From a virus (taxonomy: Duplodnaviria > Caudoviricetes): 60,648 bases of DNA. Position 1 is the first letter of the stretch. Each line of letters begins with the position of its first letter. The translations under genes were made by a program, and so were the position numbers. This document shows positions 26,372 to 35,810 of the stretch, in pieces. The notes under the pieces were generated by a model. It was not told where the DNA came from, ran no database searches, and worked only from the letters and a program-made list of their open reading frames with translations. The stretch covers positions 1-60,648 of IMG/VR virus record IMGVR_UViG_3300038424_000095; one strand, 5' to 3'.

Positions 26372-27312
26372 GACGGGTACGGTACTCCGTTTAAAGGCAA
26401 ACAACAGCAACTCAAAGCTGCCCCGGAAGCCCCTATCTCGCTCAAGTCTATGAAAATTGGTGTCAATCCTGCGTCCATGACGATCTTTTCAAACTCTTCG
26501 TTCTTCCTCTTCTCCTTCTCATAATCCTCATCACTACGCTTCAATTCCGATATGTCCGTCATGGTGTAGACGATTGACCCAATGCGCTGGTTATTGGTCA
26601 CAGACATTTGCGCCGCTTCCTTGCTTACCGGGATGATTTCCGCGACTTTCTCTATCTCTTTGACCGTGGCCCTGTCCTGGCCATCGGTCGCGAACATGAC
26701 TTTGTCCTTCGAAAGAGGGAATATTGAACAATCGAGGTGATAGCGCTTCTGATCTCGTTCTTCGATCTTGATTACCCGGGCATCGAACTTCTGCGCTATC
26801 CAGTCGAGGGCCTCGGGTACGCTGCGCTGTCCATACCCTCCGAAGTAGATGTTATCCCGAAGCCAAAGGAACTCGGCCTTACCCTCGAAGAAGTACGGAG
26901 GGGTAAACTGCTTGTAGCCTGCGATGTCGAGGAACTTACTGAGTTCCTTCTCTTCACCCGGTCGCCCCTCTGCTTTGAATTTGGCGAGCACGAATGTCTT
27001 GTCCAGGTGCGGAAGGCATACCCCGGCATTGGAGATATACATCTGGTCCTGAAGGCCCCTCTTAGGCGGAAGGAGATAGACGAAAGCGTCCTGAGCAAAG
27101 AGGCCGGCCATCTCAAAAAACTGCGCCATGGCCTTATCGACATTGATCTTTCGTTCCTTCTCAGGAAGTTTTTTCATAAAGACGTTGTTCGCGATGTCGG
27201 CCCGGAGGTACTCCGGCGGACAGAGGAGCAGTTTCAGGTATGCATCCTGTGTCTGAACCTTCAACGACTCCTGGCCCTTCAGCTCTTCATCCCCTATCAC
27301 CCTGTAAGCCAT
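26368..27312 (-). CDS. Amidinotransferase/DDAH/arginine-dihydrolase-like (pentein) hydrolase
   Basis: LLCPPEY, GLQDQMYISNAG, R.GE, FEG, YHLDCSIFPL, SGAALSC. Confidence 0.88.
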   Translation of the reverse strand: MAYRVIGDEELKGQESLKVQTQDAYLKLLLCPPEYLRADIANNVFMKKLPEKERKINVDKAMAQFFEMAGLFAQDAFVYLLPPKRGLQDQMYISNAGVCLPHLDKTFVLAKFKAEGRPGEEKELSKFLDIAGYKQFTPPYFFEGKAEFLWLRDNIYFGGYGQRSVPEALDWIAQKFDARVIKIEERDQKRYHLDCSIFPLSKDKVMFATDGQDRATVKEIEKVAEIIPVSKEAAQMSVTNNQRIGSIVYTMTDISELKRSDEDYEKEKRKNEEFEKIVMDAGLTPIFIDLSEIGASGAALSCCCLPLNGVPYPS

Positions 27313-27316
27313 GGCT

Positions 27317-28645
27317 CTAATCCAACGGGACGAACTTATTCCCGAATTTGTCTATCCATACTTGCTTGCCGTTCAGTACAACACCTGGAAGCTTCTTTGA
27401 TCCTGCGGGAATGTTGTCGACATGGGAGCCTAATTTTAGTTTCCCGCTGGCGGTTTCCGGAGTCATGGTTGAAGGTGCCTGTGTCTGAGAGGTTTCCTTT
27501 CCTCCGAACACCTTGTTCCATACCGCCTTGCCAGCTTTTTTTACTACCCCCTCCCCCTCTTCCTCTGCCTTTTTCTTCTCGTCCTCTTCCTTCCGCTGTA
27601 TCGCCTTGATGTCCTTTTTTGGAGGAAGAGTCATGTCGAATTTCTGTTTGGTATTGGCGGCCGCTCCGGCGAATCTGGGGCGGAATTCTTGCTCGATGCG
27701 GTCTATCTCCTCGTTGTATTTTTCTGCCGTTGCGACAGGATCTATCTGAGCGGTCTTATCCGTCAGAATCTTGTCGGCACCCTTCAGCCTTTCATTGAAT
27801 TCCGCCTGTACTGCCCTGAGTCCTGCTGCCCCTTGAGCCTCTGTCTGCCTATCACTGGTCGCCCCGGCCGATGCCTGCGCGAGTTTGAGTTTTTCTTCGA
27901 AGGTTTCCGGCATTGCTTTCTGTTCACCAGTCGCGGTATTTACCTGTACGCCGCCCTGCTGGACAAAAGCGCCAGGGGCTTTAGGCGCAAACTTCGCCAC
28001 ACCGTCTGCCTGAGTGACGAATTCCTGACCGCTCGGGGTTTTGCCGAAGACAGTGCCTCCAGGGGTTATTCCCCATCCGTCGAGTGATGGCAACTTCCCT
28101 AACGTATTAGGGAAAAGCGTTTTGAGCTGTGGGAACATTGCCTTTGCAACCGTCCCGGTCTTGTCAAGAGAGAATAGCCCGTGCATCGTGGTCGCCATAT
28201 CCTTTATCTCGTCCCGTTGTTCCTTCTTCAAAGCGAGAGCTTTTGTGGTATCTCCCTTCTCAAGGAGGAAATTCACCGCCACTTCCTCAGGAGTGGTCTT
28301 AGGGGGAGTCGTTGTCGTCACGTCGGGTCCTGTGGCCGTGCTCGCAGATTCAGGAGTATACTGGGGGATCGTCGCCGTGACGCCTGGGGTTCTTTTTGTC
28401 GTAGGACTGAAATCACCGGCCGCTTTCGAGCTTTTTATCCTGTCCGCAAGCTCTTGCTTTTCGTCGGATTCCTTCTTCTTCTCTATTAACCCCATCTCCA
28501 CAAGCTGATTCTGCAGGTCCTGGGCTTTATTGATACGATCCTCTCGTTCCTGATCGAGCTTGTTCCTTATGTTCTCCTGGAGGACTTGGTCGACCATCCC
28601 GAAGCCGGATTGAATCCCCTGTGCTAATCCTCTAAGGTCTGCCAT
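27317..28645 (-). CDS. Internal virion/ejection protein
   Basis: GLAQGIQSGF N-terminus, coiled coils, short C-terminal beta motif; position in the ejection module. Confidence 0.7.
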   Translation of the reverse strand: MADLRGLAQGIQSGFGMVDQVLQENIRNKLDQEREDRINKAQDLQNQLVEMGLIEKKKESDEKQELADRIKSSKAAGDFSPTTKRTPGVTATIPQYTPESASTATGPDVTTTTPPKTTPEEVAVNFLLEKGDTTKALALKKEQRDEIKDMATTMHGLFSLDKTGTVAKAMFPQLKTLFPNTLGKLPSLDGWGITPGGTVFGKTPSGQEFVTQADGVAKFAPKAPGAFVQQGGVQVNTATGEQKAMPETFEEKLKLAQASAGATSDRQTEAQGAAGLRAVQAEFNERLKGADKILTDKTAQIDPVATAEKYNEEIDRIEQEFRPRFAGAAANTKQKFDMTLPPKKDIKAIQRKEEDEKKKAEEEGEGVVKKAGKAVWNKVFGGKETSQTQAPSTMTPETASGKLKLGSHVDNIPAGSKKLPGVVLNGKQVWIDKFGNKFVPLD

Positions 28646-28670
28646 TGTCTCCTCCCACTATGAAACATTT

Positions 28671-29687
28671 TCATACAAAGACTCCAGCGTTCCACGCCTG
28701 ATCTAAAGCCGTACCGCTGTTAGCAGATGACAGATACCCTGTTCCAAGCCTTGCAGACCCACCTAAAATTGTCCCAATCAGTTGGTTCATGCCCTGAGTT
28801 TGTCCGGCAGCAGTTTGAGCATTCGCCACGTTAGCGCCGTACTGTCCCTGCTGCTGCTGCAAGTACGGCTGAAGTAGTTGACTATATCCACTCACGAGCG
28901 GTGAGTAGGACTGAGAGATATTGGAAAGGGCATTGAGCGTCTGCGTGTTTGCATTGTTGGTAAAACCCATGTCGTTGAGGGTATTGGTCGTCCCCTGCTG
29001 GATGTCCCCGCGGCGCGCCTCTTCCTCTACCATGGCATTGTTGGCGAGGAGGTCGGTCATCTGCTTGCCGGCCGTCGATCCTTGCCAGTTGGGCCCCGCC
29101 TGCCTCTGGAGAGCTTCGGTAAGGTTCTGCTTGTTCTGCGCCAGGGTCTTCTCGAGGGCTGGGTCAACGGGGAGATTGCCCTCAAGTGCCTGCAGGGTCC
29201 TGTCCGCCTGCAACTTTGTTATCTGATCTTGCTCTTGCTGAATCGGCGTCTCATTAGCTGTGATCTGAGCCTGAGTCATCTTCTGGTACTGAGGTTGGGA
29301 CAAAGCACTGATCTGCTGGTCAAGGGCCGTCATCTGGGATTCCATGTTATTAAGACCTGACTTGTCCACGCTTCCAGACTGCCATCCTTGGGTGTATTGC
29401 TGCTGAATGGCCGCTCTCTGAGCGGTAAGGTCCGTAATCTGCTTCTGTGTATCAGAAGAGACAGGTACTGTTGTATATCCCATCTGTTGAAGCATCGCAG
29501 GAAGCAGCGCTTGGGTGAGTCCCTGCTCGCTCTGCATGTTCTGGAGCTGGAGGTTCTCAATCTGCTGTCCTGTGGAACTAACCGCTGGATAACTCACATC
29601 TTCGGAGCCTCCGCCGCTGTTCATTGATGCTGCTGCTATTGCGCCACCTGCTGCTATTGCGCCACCTGCTACAGCCGCCATTGTCAT
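28671..29687 (-). CDS. DNA pilot/ejection protein
   Basis: Gly/Ala-rich hydrophobic N-terminus, Gln-rich body, Gly-rich C-terminal helix. Confidence 0.75.
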   Translation of the reverse strand: MTMAAVAGGAIAAGGAIAAASMNSGGGSEDVSYPAVSSTGQQIENLQLQNMQSEQGLTQALLPAMLQQMGYTTVPVSSDTQKQITDLTAQRAAIQQQYTQGWQSGSVDKSGLNNMESQMTALDQQISALSQPQYQKMTQAQITANETPIQQEQDQITKLQADRTLQALEGNLPVDPALEKTLAQNKQNLTEALQRQAGPNWQGSTAGKQMTDLLANNAMVEEEARRGDIQQGTTNTLNDMGFTNNANTQTLNALSNISQSYSPLVSGYSQLLQPYLQQQQGQYGANVANAQTAAGQTQGMNQLIGTILGGSARLGTGYLSSANSGTALDQAWNAGVFV

Positions 29688-30151
29688 ATGCCGTCTCCCT
29701 GCCCCACCATGGCATTTTCTTTAGACTCGGCAAGGGCATCATATTGCTCGAAGGTGTCAACTGTGTAAAAATCTGCCATCTCGTCTTTGTCTCCACTCAC
29801 GTTCTCAGGGTTTGGATGAACCGTCAAAAATATGGTGTCAGTCAAGGCATATCCTGCTTTTTTGCTTCCAGCCCCAGAAGGCATGACGCAAGGTGCCTTC
29901 ATCTTCATGGTCCTGCCATCATCCATACGGATTATTATTTCTCCATGAAGAAGGATGTTGAGGCATGGACCTTTGTGGATTTTCCCGGTGAGGACGGTAT
30001 TTGCCGGAATATAAAGCGCACGGGCATACAACCCCGGAGAGAAGAACTGCGCCACAGGCAGATCATCCGCTATGTTCTGGAATTTCTCCCGTATGGAGTC
30101 CTCAAGATCCTGAATGTTTTTTCGTTCGCTGGCCTGAAGAGTCATTACCAC
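29684..30151 (-). CDS. Cupin-fold phage protein
   Basis: FSPGLYARALYIPANTVLTGKIHK...APCVMPSGAGSKK...TVHPNP. Confidence 0.75.
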   Translation of the reverse strand: MVMTLQASERKNIQDLEDSIREKFQNIADDLPVAQFFSPGLYARALYIPANTVLTGKIHKGPCLNILLHGEIIIRMDDGRTMKMKAPCVMPSGAGSKKAGYALTDTIFLTVHPNPENVSGDKDEMADFYTVDTFEQYDALAESKENAMVGQGDGI

Positions 30152-31248
30152 GTCCTTCTTGCCGTCAACCGAAGGTTCCAGTTGGCTGCCGTTATTCCTG
30201 ATGATATTCCCGTTGTTTTGTCATTAATGAGTATCCCGCCGGCCCCTGTCGTAAACGTGGCGACGTTTCTCGTGTCAATTCCGAGGGGAGATTGAGTGGT
30301 GACGTAAACCCCAGAACTGTAATAGGCCATCGGGTCTATGGCTATCTCACCTTGCACCCATCCATATTCTGCCGACTGGCACACGAGCATCGCCCGGAGT
30401 TCAACACCGAACTGAACGCCGAGATTGTGGGTGAATGTGGTTTTCGTGGCAACAACGTCAAAAGTAGTGCCTGCTATGTCTGCCGACGTGTAGCGGCCCA
30501 TGAGCGCGTACCATGTGATGGAATCAGTGACCGCACCCGCAGTGACATTTACCTCGCCCACCGCCACCCAATTCGTCTCGTTGGCCGTGGTGCCGTCTCC
30601 CAGGTAACCTTTCATCTCTTGGACATTGAAGGTGAGCTGATCCAATGTGACTGAGGGGGTTCCTCCCCACTGATAGACCGGAGGAAGGGTCGTGGTTGCT
30701 GTAGTGAGAACCCCTCCTAATATGGTGACGCAGAGGTACATGGTGCCCGTCGTGGATAGGCCGGTCCACGAGAGGTCCGTTCCCGATCCTATGACATCCT
30801 TCTGCCCGTAAACCGAATCAAAGCCGTTCGCCGCAGTGGCGACAAGCGTTCCAGTCATTGTAACGGTTGCGCTTCCCGTCGTTCCCCCGAAATCAGGGTT
30901 ACCCGATGAGTCGAGAGGGCCTGAAAGAACAGTTTGCCTGACAGGTGGCTGAAGAAGTTCGCGGATAGATGCCTCGGGTACCTCATACCAATAGGTCTTT
31001 CCGATAAGCATGTTCAACTGATAGCGTAATTGCTGGAGTTCTTCTTCGATGCTCGTCGCCTGTGCGGGTGCGTTGCTAGGGTAAGGGTTTTCAGAGGCCC
31101 GCATTTCGGCGATCGTGTCGGATGCCCCGCCCCATCCGGCGGCGTCACCGTTGGTGAGGATGTTGTCTATGACCGCGTCGAGGTCGGCGGCTTTCAGCGT
31201 TTCTCCGACTATCCATCTTTTGGTGGTAGTAAACGTCGCTCCGCTCAT
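30145..31248 (-). CDS. Tail fibre/needle-like virion protein
   Basis: N-terminal GETLKAADLDA attachment-like motif; Thr/Gly-rich; follows the nozzle gene. Confidence 0.65.
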   Translation of the reverse strand: MSGATFTTTKRWIVGETLKAADLDAVIDNILTNGDAAGWGGASDTIAEMRASENPYPSNAPAQATSIEEELQQLRYQLNMLIGKTYWYEVPEASIRELLQPPVRQTVLSGPLDSSGNPDFGGTTGSATVTMTGTLVATAANGFDSVYGQKDVIGSGTDLSWTGLSTTGTMYLCVTILGGVLTTATTTLPPVYQWGGTPSVTLDQLTFNVQEMKGYLGDGTTANETNWVAVGEVNVTAGAVTDSITWYALMGRYTSADIAGTTFDVVATKTTFTHNLGVQFGVELRAMLVCQSAEYGWVQGEIAIDPMAYYSSGVYVTTQSPLGIDTRNVATFTTGAGGILINDKTTGISSGITAANWNLRLTARRTW

Positions 31249-32801
31249 TGCCGTACCCCCACTGGCTTGAAATCGTACAGAATTTTGCTGATACTGAATG
31301 TTTGGTCGATGCCGGTATTAAAAAACTCTGAGCGAATCCTTTTCGCCCTATGTTTTACATGGAACCGGCCGTCAACCACCTCTTGACCGCCAAGTACATC
31401 GACGTCGAGGATGAAGGAATCAAGAACTCCTCCCGTACCACCTTCAGATATGTTCGTGGTATTCGTGATGGCGATGCCATCTGCCCAGTGATGCGCCGAC
31501 AGCGTGTAGTTTCCCTCTGGCTCCATCACTACCCATCCATCATTGAAATGCTTCGTTGTTCTGGGAGAATCTGCGAAAATGGTAGGGACGTCGAAGCCTT
31601 TGATGTACGCATGGCCGTCATCGTCGATCGAAGTCATCTCGGTCTTCCATACGTTACCGGAATAGTCTCCGGTGTAGACCCGGTAGATACCCATAGATTC
31701 GCGTATATTGACCGACACGGACGCATTGTATCCCGACGGGGATGATACGTTGTCGTGAGGGCAGCCCCAGGCCTCTTGTGGCTGTCTGTCGACACAGAAG
31801 GGAAGACAGACACTTACTGGGGTATCGCCTGACCTCGGAAAGAACCACTTCACCATTCTGTTCTGGGAGTCGAAGACCGCATGGGCCTTGTCAATGTTCC
31901 CGAGGCTGACGTTGTCCTGAATCCATTCATGGATGCCTGCCGGGACCGCGATGGATGCCTGGTAGTAGTCCCCGTAGGCCTGCGTGGTCGACACGGAATA
32001 GATGTCTCCGGATTCGGTGGCCGCATAGAGATTGTTCTTCGTCTTGACGAGAAGGCGCCAGTGTGCAACGCCACCTTCCCATTGCACAGGAACAAGGGCC
32101 CACTTCGAAATGTCGATATCTGAGTCGTCGAGATACCATACCTGAGTCTTTCCGAAGACAAATAGGCGCTTTCCGAATTCGATCATCCCGACAAAGCCTA
32201 TTCCGTCCCCCGTGTCTCCGTAGATGACACCTGATCCAGTACCGTTGAAGTCTGTAGGGGTATCTCCAATACACCAATAGAGGGCGTCCTTGTTGAGCGC
32301 GAAGAGGCGCCGTGAGTTGCCGTTCATGTGCTGCATGACCTGGAAGGGATAGTCATATGCCCCGCCCCAGTCTAAGGCGGGCGTCGTAATGTCTGCCGTC
32401 GCTACGTCTACCCCATTCCATGTCTGGACTTGCGTTGCTCCGTCTGCCACGAAGAGCGTGTCAAGGATGGTCTCGAACGAGAAATAGTCGCTCGTCGACA
32501 TGCCGGTCTTTATCGTGGTGGTCGCATTCTTGTAGAGCTTGCCGTCCTTCGTGGCCGCCATGATGAATTCGGTTGCGTTTGCCAGCCTGAACTTGTAAAG
32601 GCCCATGATGTGAGGAGCGCCGGAAAACGCCGCAGGATACAGTTTTGACGTTCCTCCTCGGGGCTTCCTCACGCCTACATTGATATTGACGTTCCTCGAC
32701 GGCTCGATCATCATCTCAGCCGGTATGGCGTCGATGTTCCGGAGACCGCAGAATCCCCCCCTCGAGCAATCGATCACGAAACTTTTCCCCGTGTATGCCA
32801 A
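31245..32801 (-). CDS. Tail nozzle / tubular protein B (P22 gp10-like)
   Basis: About 520-aa beta-propeller-like sequence, GG...NVN...RGG N-terminus; probable TTG start at 32801. Confidence 0.75.
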   Translation of the reverse strand: MAYTGKSFVIDCSRGGFCGLRNIDAIPAEMMIEPSRNVNINVGVRKPRGGTSKLYPAAFSGAPHIMGLYKFRLANATEFIMAATKDGKLYKNATTTIKTGMSTSDYFSFETILDTLFVADGATQVQTWNGVDVATADITTPALDWGGAYDYPFQVMQHMNGNSRRLFALNKDALYWCIGDTPTDFNGTGSGVIYGDTGDGIGFVGMIEFGKRLFVFGKTQVWYLDDSDIDISKWALVPVQWEGGVAHWRLLVKTKNNLYAATESGDIYSVSTTQAYGDYYQASIAVPAGIHEWIQDNVSLGNIDKAHAVFDSQNRMVKWFFPRSGDTPVSVCLPFCVDRQPQEAWGCPHDNVSSPSGYNASVSVNIRESMGIYRVYTGDYSGNVWKTEMTSIDDDGHAYIKGFDVPTIFADSPRTTKHFNDGWVVMEPEGNYTLSAHHWADGIAITNTTNISEGGTGGVLDSFILDVDVLGGQEVVDGRFHVKHRAKRIRSEFFNTGIDQTFSISKILYDFKPVGVRQ

Positions 32802-32802
32802 A

Positions 32803-33687
32803 CTACTTGCCCCCTGCCGCTTGCTGCTTCGGCACGTACCCAACTAGGTCACGGGCCATCATGGCGACGAGCATATCCTGGTAAAGGCCGTTCTCAGCCT
32901 GGTATCTGTCATCGTCCTCACCAAGCTTCCACACATAGATGCCCTGCTCAAGCACGGTCGCCCACCGTCTTAGGATGGTCGTGTAGAGCTGTCCCGCACC
33001 TTCGGTCGTGTCGAGCTTCATGAAGTCCGCATAGTAGTCACGCTTAATGCCCATTACTGTCGCCGGGATTGGATGAAGGACGATCTGCCCGACCGTCGCG
33101 TTCTCTTTCTGGCTGTACCTCACAGGGGTTCCAGGGGTCCCCGTGGTTCCGAGAAGATTGAAGAAAGACTCAGGGAGAGGAGGAATGTCGGACGAGGAAT
33201 TGACGATGAGATATCCGTCCCCCGTCACTGGAGGCGTATCAAAACCGTCCGCCAGAGTAGCCTTATTGGTTGCCACATCATATGAAACGATCTGTTGGGC
33301 CTGGTTGATGCCTGTTCCTGATGTGATGAGAAGCCACTTCCCTTCCGCCTCTATCTTCGTGGCTCCCGCATTCAGAGTAATGATAGCGGGACTCGTAACA
33401 CCGGCGATGACGGAGGATCTGATCCCAGTCATGATGGCTACCCTGAAGTCGGTCTCGAAATCTGCCGGATTGTCATAGCGCGCTTGGTTGATGACCGTTA
33501 TCTGATACGAAGTCTTGAGCAGAGGGCGCCATTTCTTTCCGATGAGCATGATGTCTCGTTTCACTTTTTCAAAACCGAACTGTTGTGCCCTCGTGAGAGC
33601 GTCGGCCTCTGATGCTCCTCCATCTTCAAACCGGGTTAATGCTGCGGTCGTGATGCTTAGAGTCGTCGGATCGGTAGGAGCGCCCAT
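32803..33687 (-). CDS. Head-tail adaptor / tubular protein A-like with beta insert
   Basis: YDNPADF...GTPVRY...IVLHPIP pattern; position before the nozzle. Confidence 0.7.
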   Translation of the reverse strand: MGAPTDPTTLSITTAALTRFEDGGASEADALTRAQQFGFEKVKRDIMLIGKKWRPLLKTSYQITVINQARYDNPADFETDFRVAIMTGIRSSVIAGVTSPAIITLNAGATKIEAEGKWLLITSGTGINQAQQIVSYDVATNKATLADGFDTPPVTGDGYLIVNSSSDIPPLPESFFNLLGTTGTPGTPVRYSQKENATVGQIVLHPIPATVMGIKRDYYADFMKLDTTEGAGQLYTTILRRWATVLEQGIYVWKLGEDDDRYQAENGLYQDMLVAMMARDLVGYVPKQQAAGGK

Positions 33688-33698
33688 TTATCCCTCTC

Positions 33699-34646
33699 TT
33701 AGAACAAATCGTTCCAGGCAATGCCGCGGTCGAGCCTCTTGGGGGCTATCTTACCTCTCCGGACTGCCCACATATCGACGGCCTTGTTGAAGTAGGCGTC
33801 CGCGCTTGCAATCATGGCCGTGCCTTTCTCCAATACCCCGACAAGAAACTCCACGATGGAGTCATCGAAGAGCTCATTGTACGGAAGGATCTGCTCTGCC
33901 GAGGTAATCTTGGCCTGTTTCTGCCAGTACCTTCCCTTGATCGTCTCGTTGGCAGCAGTCGCCGGGTACGTGTAAATCTTCTGCCCCATGATCTCGTAGT
34001 AGTAGGGGTCTCCGGGAGAAGTGTACTGAAGCCTCGTGTCCTGGTTCGGTATCGGCCAAAGCGGCCATGTCCTGCCGTTGAGGTAGGGTTTCTCCTGGTC
34101 GAGAAGACCCCAAAAATCTGCGGGAAGATAGCCGTAATCCGAGATACTCGTGAGGGTGACGGTCGAACCTGCAGCGACAGCCGTTACCCCTCCTGTCGTG
34201 GCGAGCGTGATCGTGCCGGCGGACAGAGAGGCTATCTTGAAGGGCCCGAGGTTTGCCGTCTGGTCGGAAGTGAAGTCCATACCTGCCGCGAAGCCAGCCG
34301 TGACGAACCCTGAAGCCGAATCGGTGATGGTATCGGCCACTCCCTCCGTGCCCTGGACGAAGGCGATGGTATCGGCTGCTTCGGTCACCTGGGCGTAGAG
34401 AGCGACTAACAGGTCGTTCCTGATCAGGTCCGAATCAAGAAGGCGAAGACGCTTGTTGATGATGGAAATGCCTCTGTTCAAGGCCGCAAATATCATCGGG
34501 CCTTTCTCCGGAGGCACCCGGTCCTGAAACTCAGGGAAGAGGTCCGCGAGCGTCGAACCATATCCTGTTGACTGTTGACTCGGAGTGGAAACGGGAAGCG
34601 AACCCGGTCCCGGCCATGAAAAATCCCCCCATCCACCTCCACTCAT
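33699..34646 (-). CDS. Second adaptor-like protein with beta insert
   Basis: ALNRG...YLPADF...GDPYYY...IYTYPA pattern. Confidence 0.65.
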   Translation of the reverse strand: MSGGGWGDFSWPGPGSLPVSTPSQQSTGYGSTLADLFPEFQDRVPPEKGPMIFAALNRGISIINKRLRLLDSDLIRNDLLVALYAQVTEAADTIAFVQGTEGVADTITDSASGFVTAGFAAGMDFTSDQTANLGPFKIASLSAGTITLATTGGVTAVAAGSTVTLTSISDYGYLPADFWGLLDQEKPYLNGRTWPLWPIPNQDTRLQYTSPGDPYYYEIMGQKIYTYPATAANETIKGRYWQKQAKITSAEQILPYNELFDDSIVEFLVGVLEKGTAMIASADAYFNKAVDMWAVRRGKIAPKRLDRGIAWNDLF

Positions 34647-34658
34647 TCTGCTGCCCTC

Positions 34659-35810
34659 CTACCGCTTGATCGACAGATATACGACTGTCGATGGCAAACT
34701 TATTGTCACGCTGTCATTGCGGGACGATGAAATATTCCCGGCAGCATCTTTCGCCCACGCATAGAGCGTCTTGCTCCCTGAAGATGCAAAGGTGTACGAA
34801 GTCTCCGCTGTTCCCGCCCATCCAGATCCTGAGCACGACGCCGATGTGGGTGCCGAGGGAGATTCGTTGACGCAGTACCCCGTGACCGCTGTATCATCGG
34901 TCGCCGTGTAAGAAGTGATCGAGACTGTGAGCGATGAGGACGTCGAGGGGATAGTGAATGCCGTCACGGTTGGCGGGGTCGTATCGCCTCCTCCTCCTGC
35001 CAGTCCTATGTACGTCCCATTGCTGATGGCGATGTCATCAAAATCTACCGGGATACAGGTACGATTCCCTATCGGCATCTCCTCATTGTTTGAACCGATA
35101 GTTGCGTGCGAAATAGTATGTGAGCCGAATGCGTAATTGTGGTTCAGGACTTGCGTCCCATCGAACCACATGGAGACGTTGCCTGAGTCCCAGTGCAACT
35201 CGTAGCAATGCCAGTTGCCGTCGAAAGCGGTAGCGAGAGGAAGGGTTGTCGAGATATTACCTTCGCTAGGATCGCTTGATACTCCTACGATATATTCCGT
35301 TCCATGAGGTTCGGGAATGATCCAGAAGGAGTTATTCCCGTCCTGGTACATGAAATAGATGTCTTTATGGATTGCATTGTTGAAAGAGAAACCCGCACCA
35401 TACCGCTCGTACCATCTGAAATTAAAGTTACCCGTCGCCGGGAAGTTAATTGCAGGACCCTCGCTATACTGGTTGCCGTCACTACCGCCAAGATATTGTC
35501 TCGATCCTTTGCTTCCGGAAGTCCTACTTGCACTGGCGGTAATGGTGGAGTAGTGGGTGCCCCCTGAATCTGGACAATTTGCGCTGTCTCCGGCATTACT
35601 GGTTCCCCATCCCCAATTCTGCCCGTAGTCTGCCATATCAGTGCAGTACGGGTCTGATACCCCGCTGCCGGACATCCCCGGCAAATACTCACCCGCATAG
35701 ACGAAATCGGGAGATCCACAGGTATAGGTAGTGGACCACAGGGTAGTGGCATGAGAGGGCGTCGGCAACAGGGCAAGGAGCATGAGGAGGAAAAGGTATC
35801 GTTTCATCAT
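34659..35810 (-). CDS. Secreted lectin/lyase-like beta-sandwich plus Ig-like protein
   Basis: Signal peptide ending SHA; GNWHCYEL...MWFDG...FDDIAIS; DTTPPT...TLYAWAKDAAGNIS. Confidence 0.75.
   Translation of the reverse strand: MMKRYLFLLMLLALLPTPSHATTLWSTTYTCGSPDFVYAGEYLPGMSGSGVSDPYCTDMADYGQNWGWGTSNAGDSANCPDSGGTHYSTITASASRTSGSKGSRQYLGGSDGNQYSEGPAINFPATGNFNFRWYERYGAGFSFNNAIHKDIYFMYQDGNNSFWIIPEPHGTEYIVGVSSDPSEGNISTTLPLATAFDGNWHCYELHWDSGNVSMWFDGTQVLNHNYAFGSHTISHATIGSNNEEMPIGNRTCIPVDFDDIAISNGTYIGLAGGGGDTTPPTVTAFTIPSTSSSLTVSITSYTATDDTAVTGYCVNESPSAPTSASCSGSGWAGTAETSYTFASSGSKTLYAWAKDAAGNISSSRNDSVTISLPSTVVYLSIKR

Noticed and set aside
25721-27609. 267-aa and 290-aa + strand ORFs opposite the enzyme cassette
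   Set aside because: Shadow ORFs with no motifs or RBS; the - strand genes carry clear catalytic signatures
29630-29672. 18-bp tandem duplication
   Set aside because: Encodes GGAIAA twice in the Gly/Ala-rich pilot N-terminus; ordinary low-complexity coding
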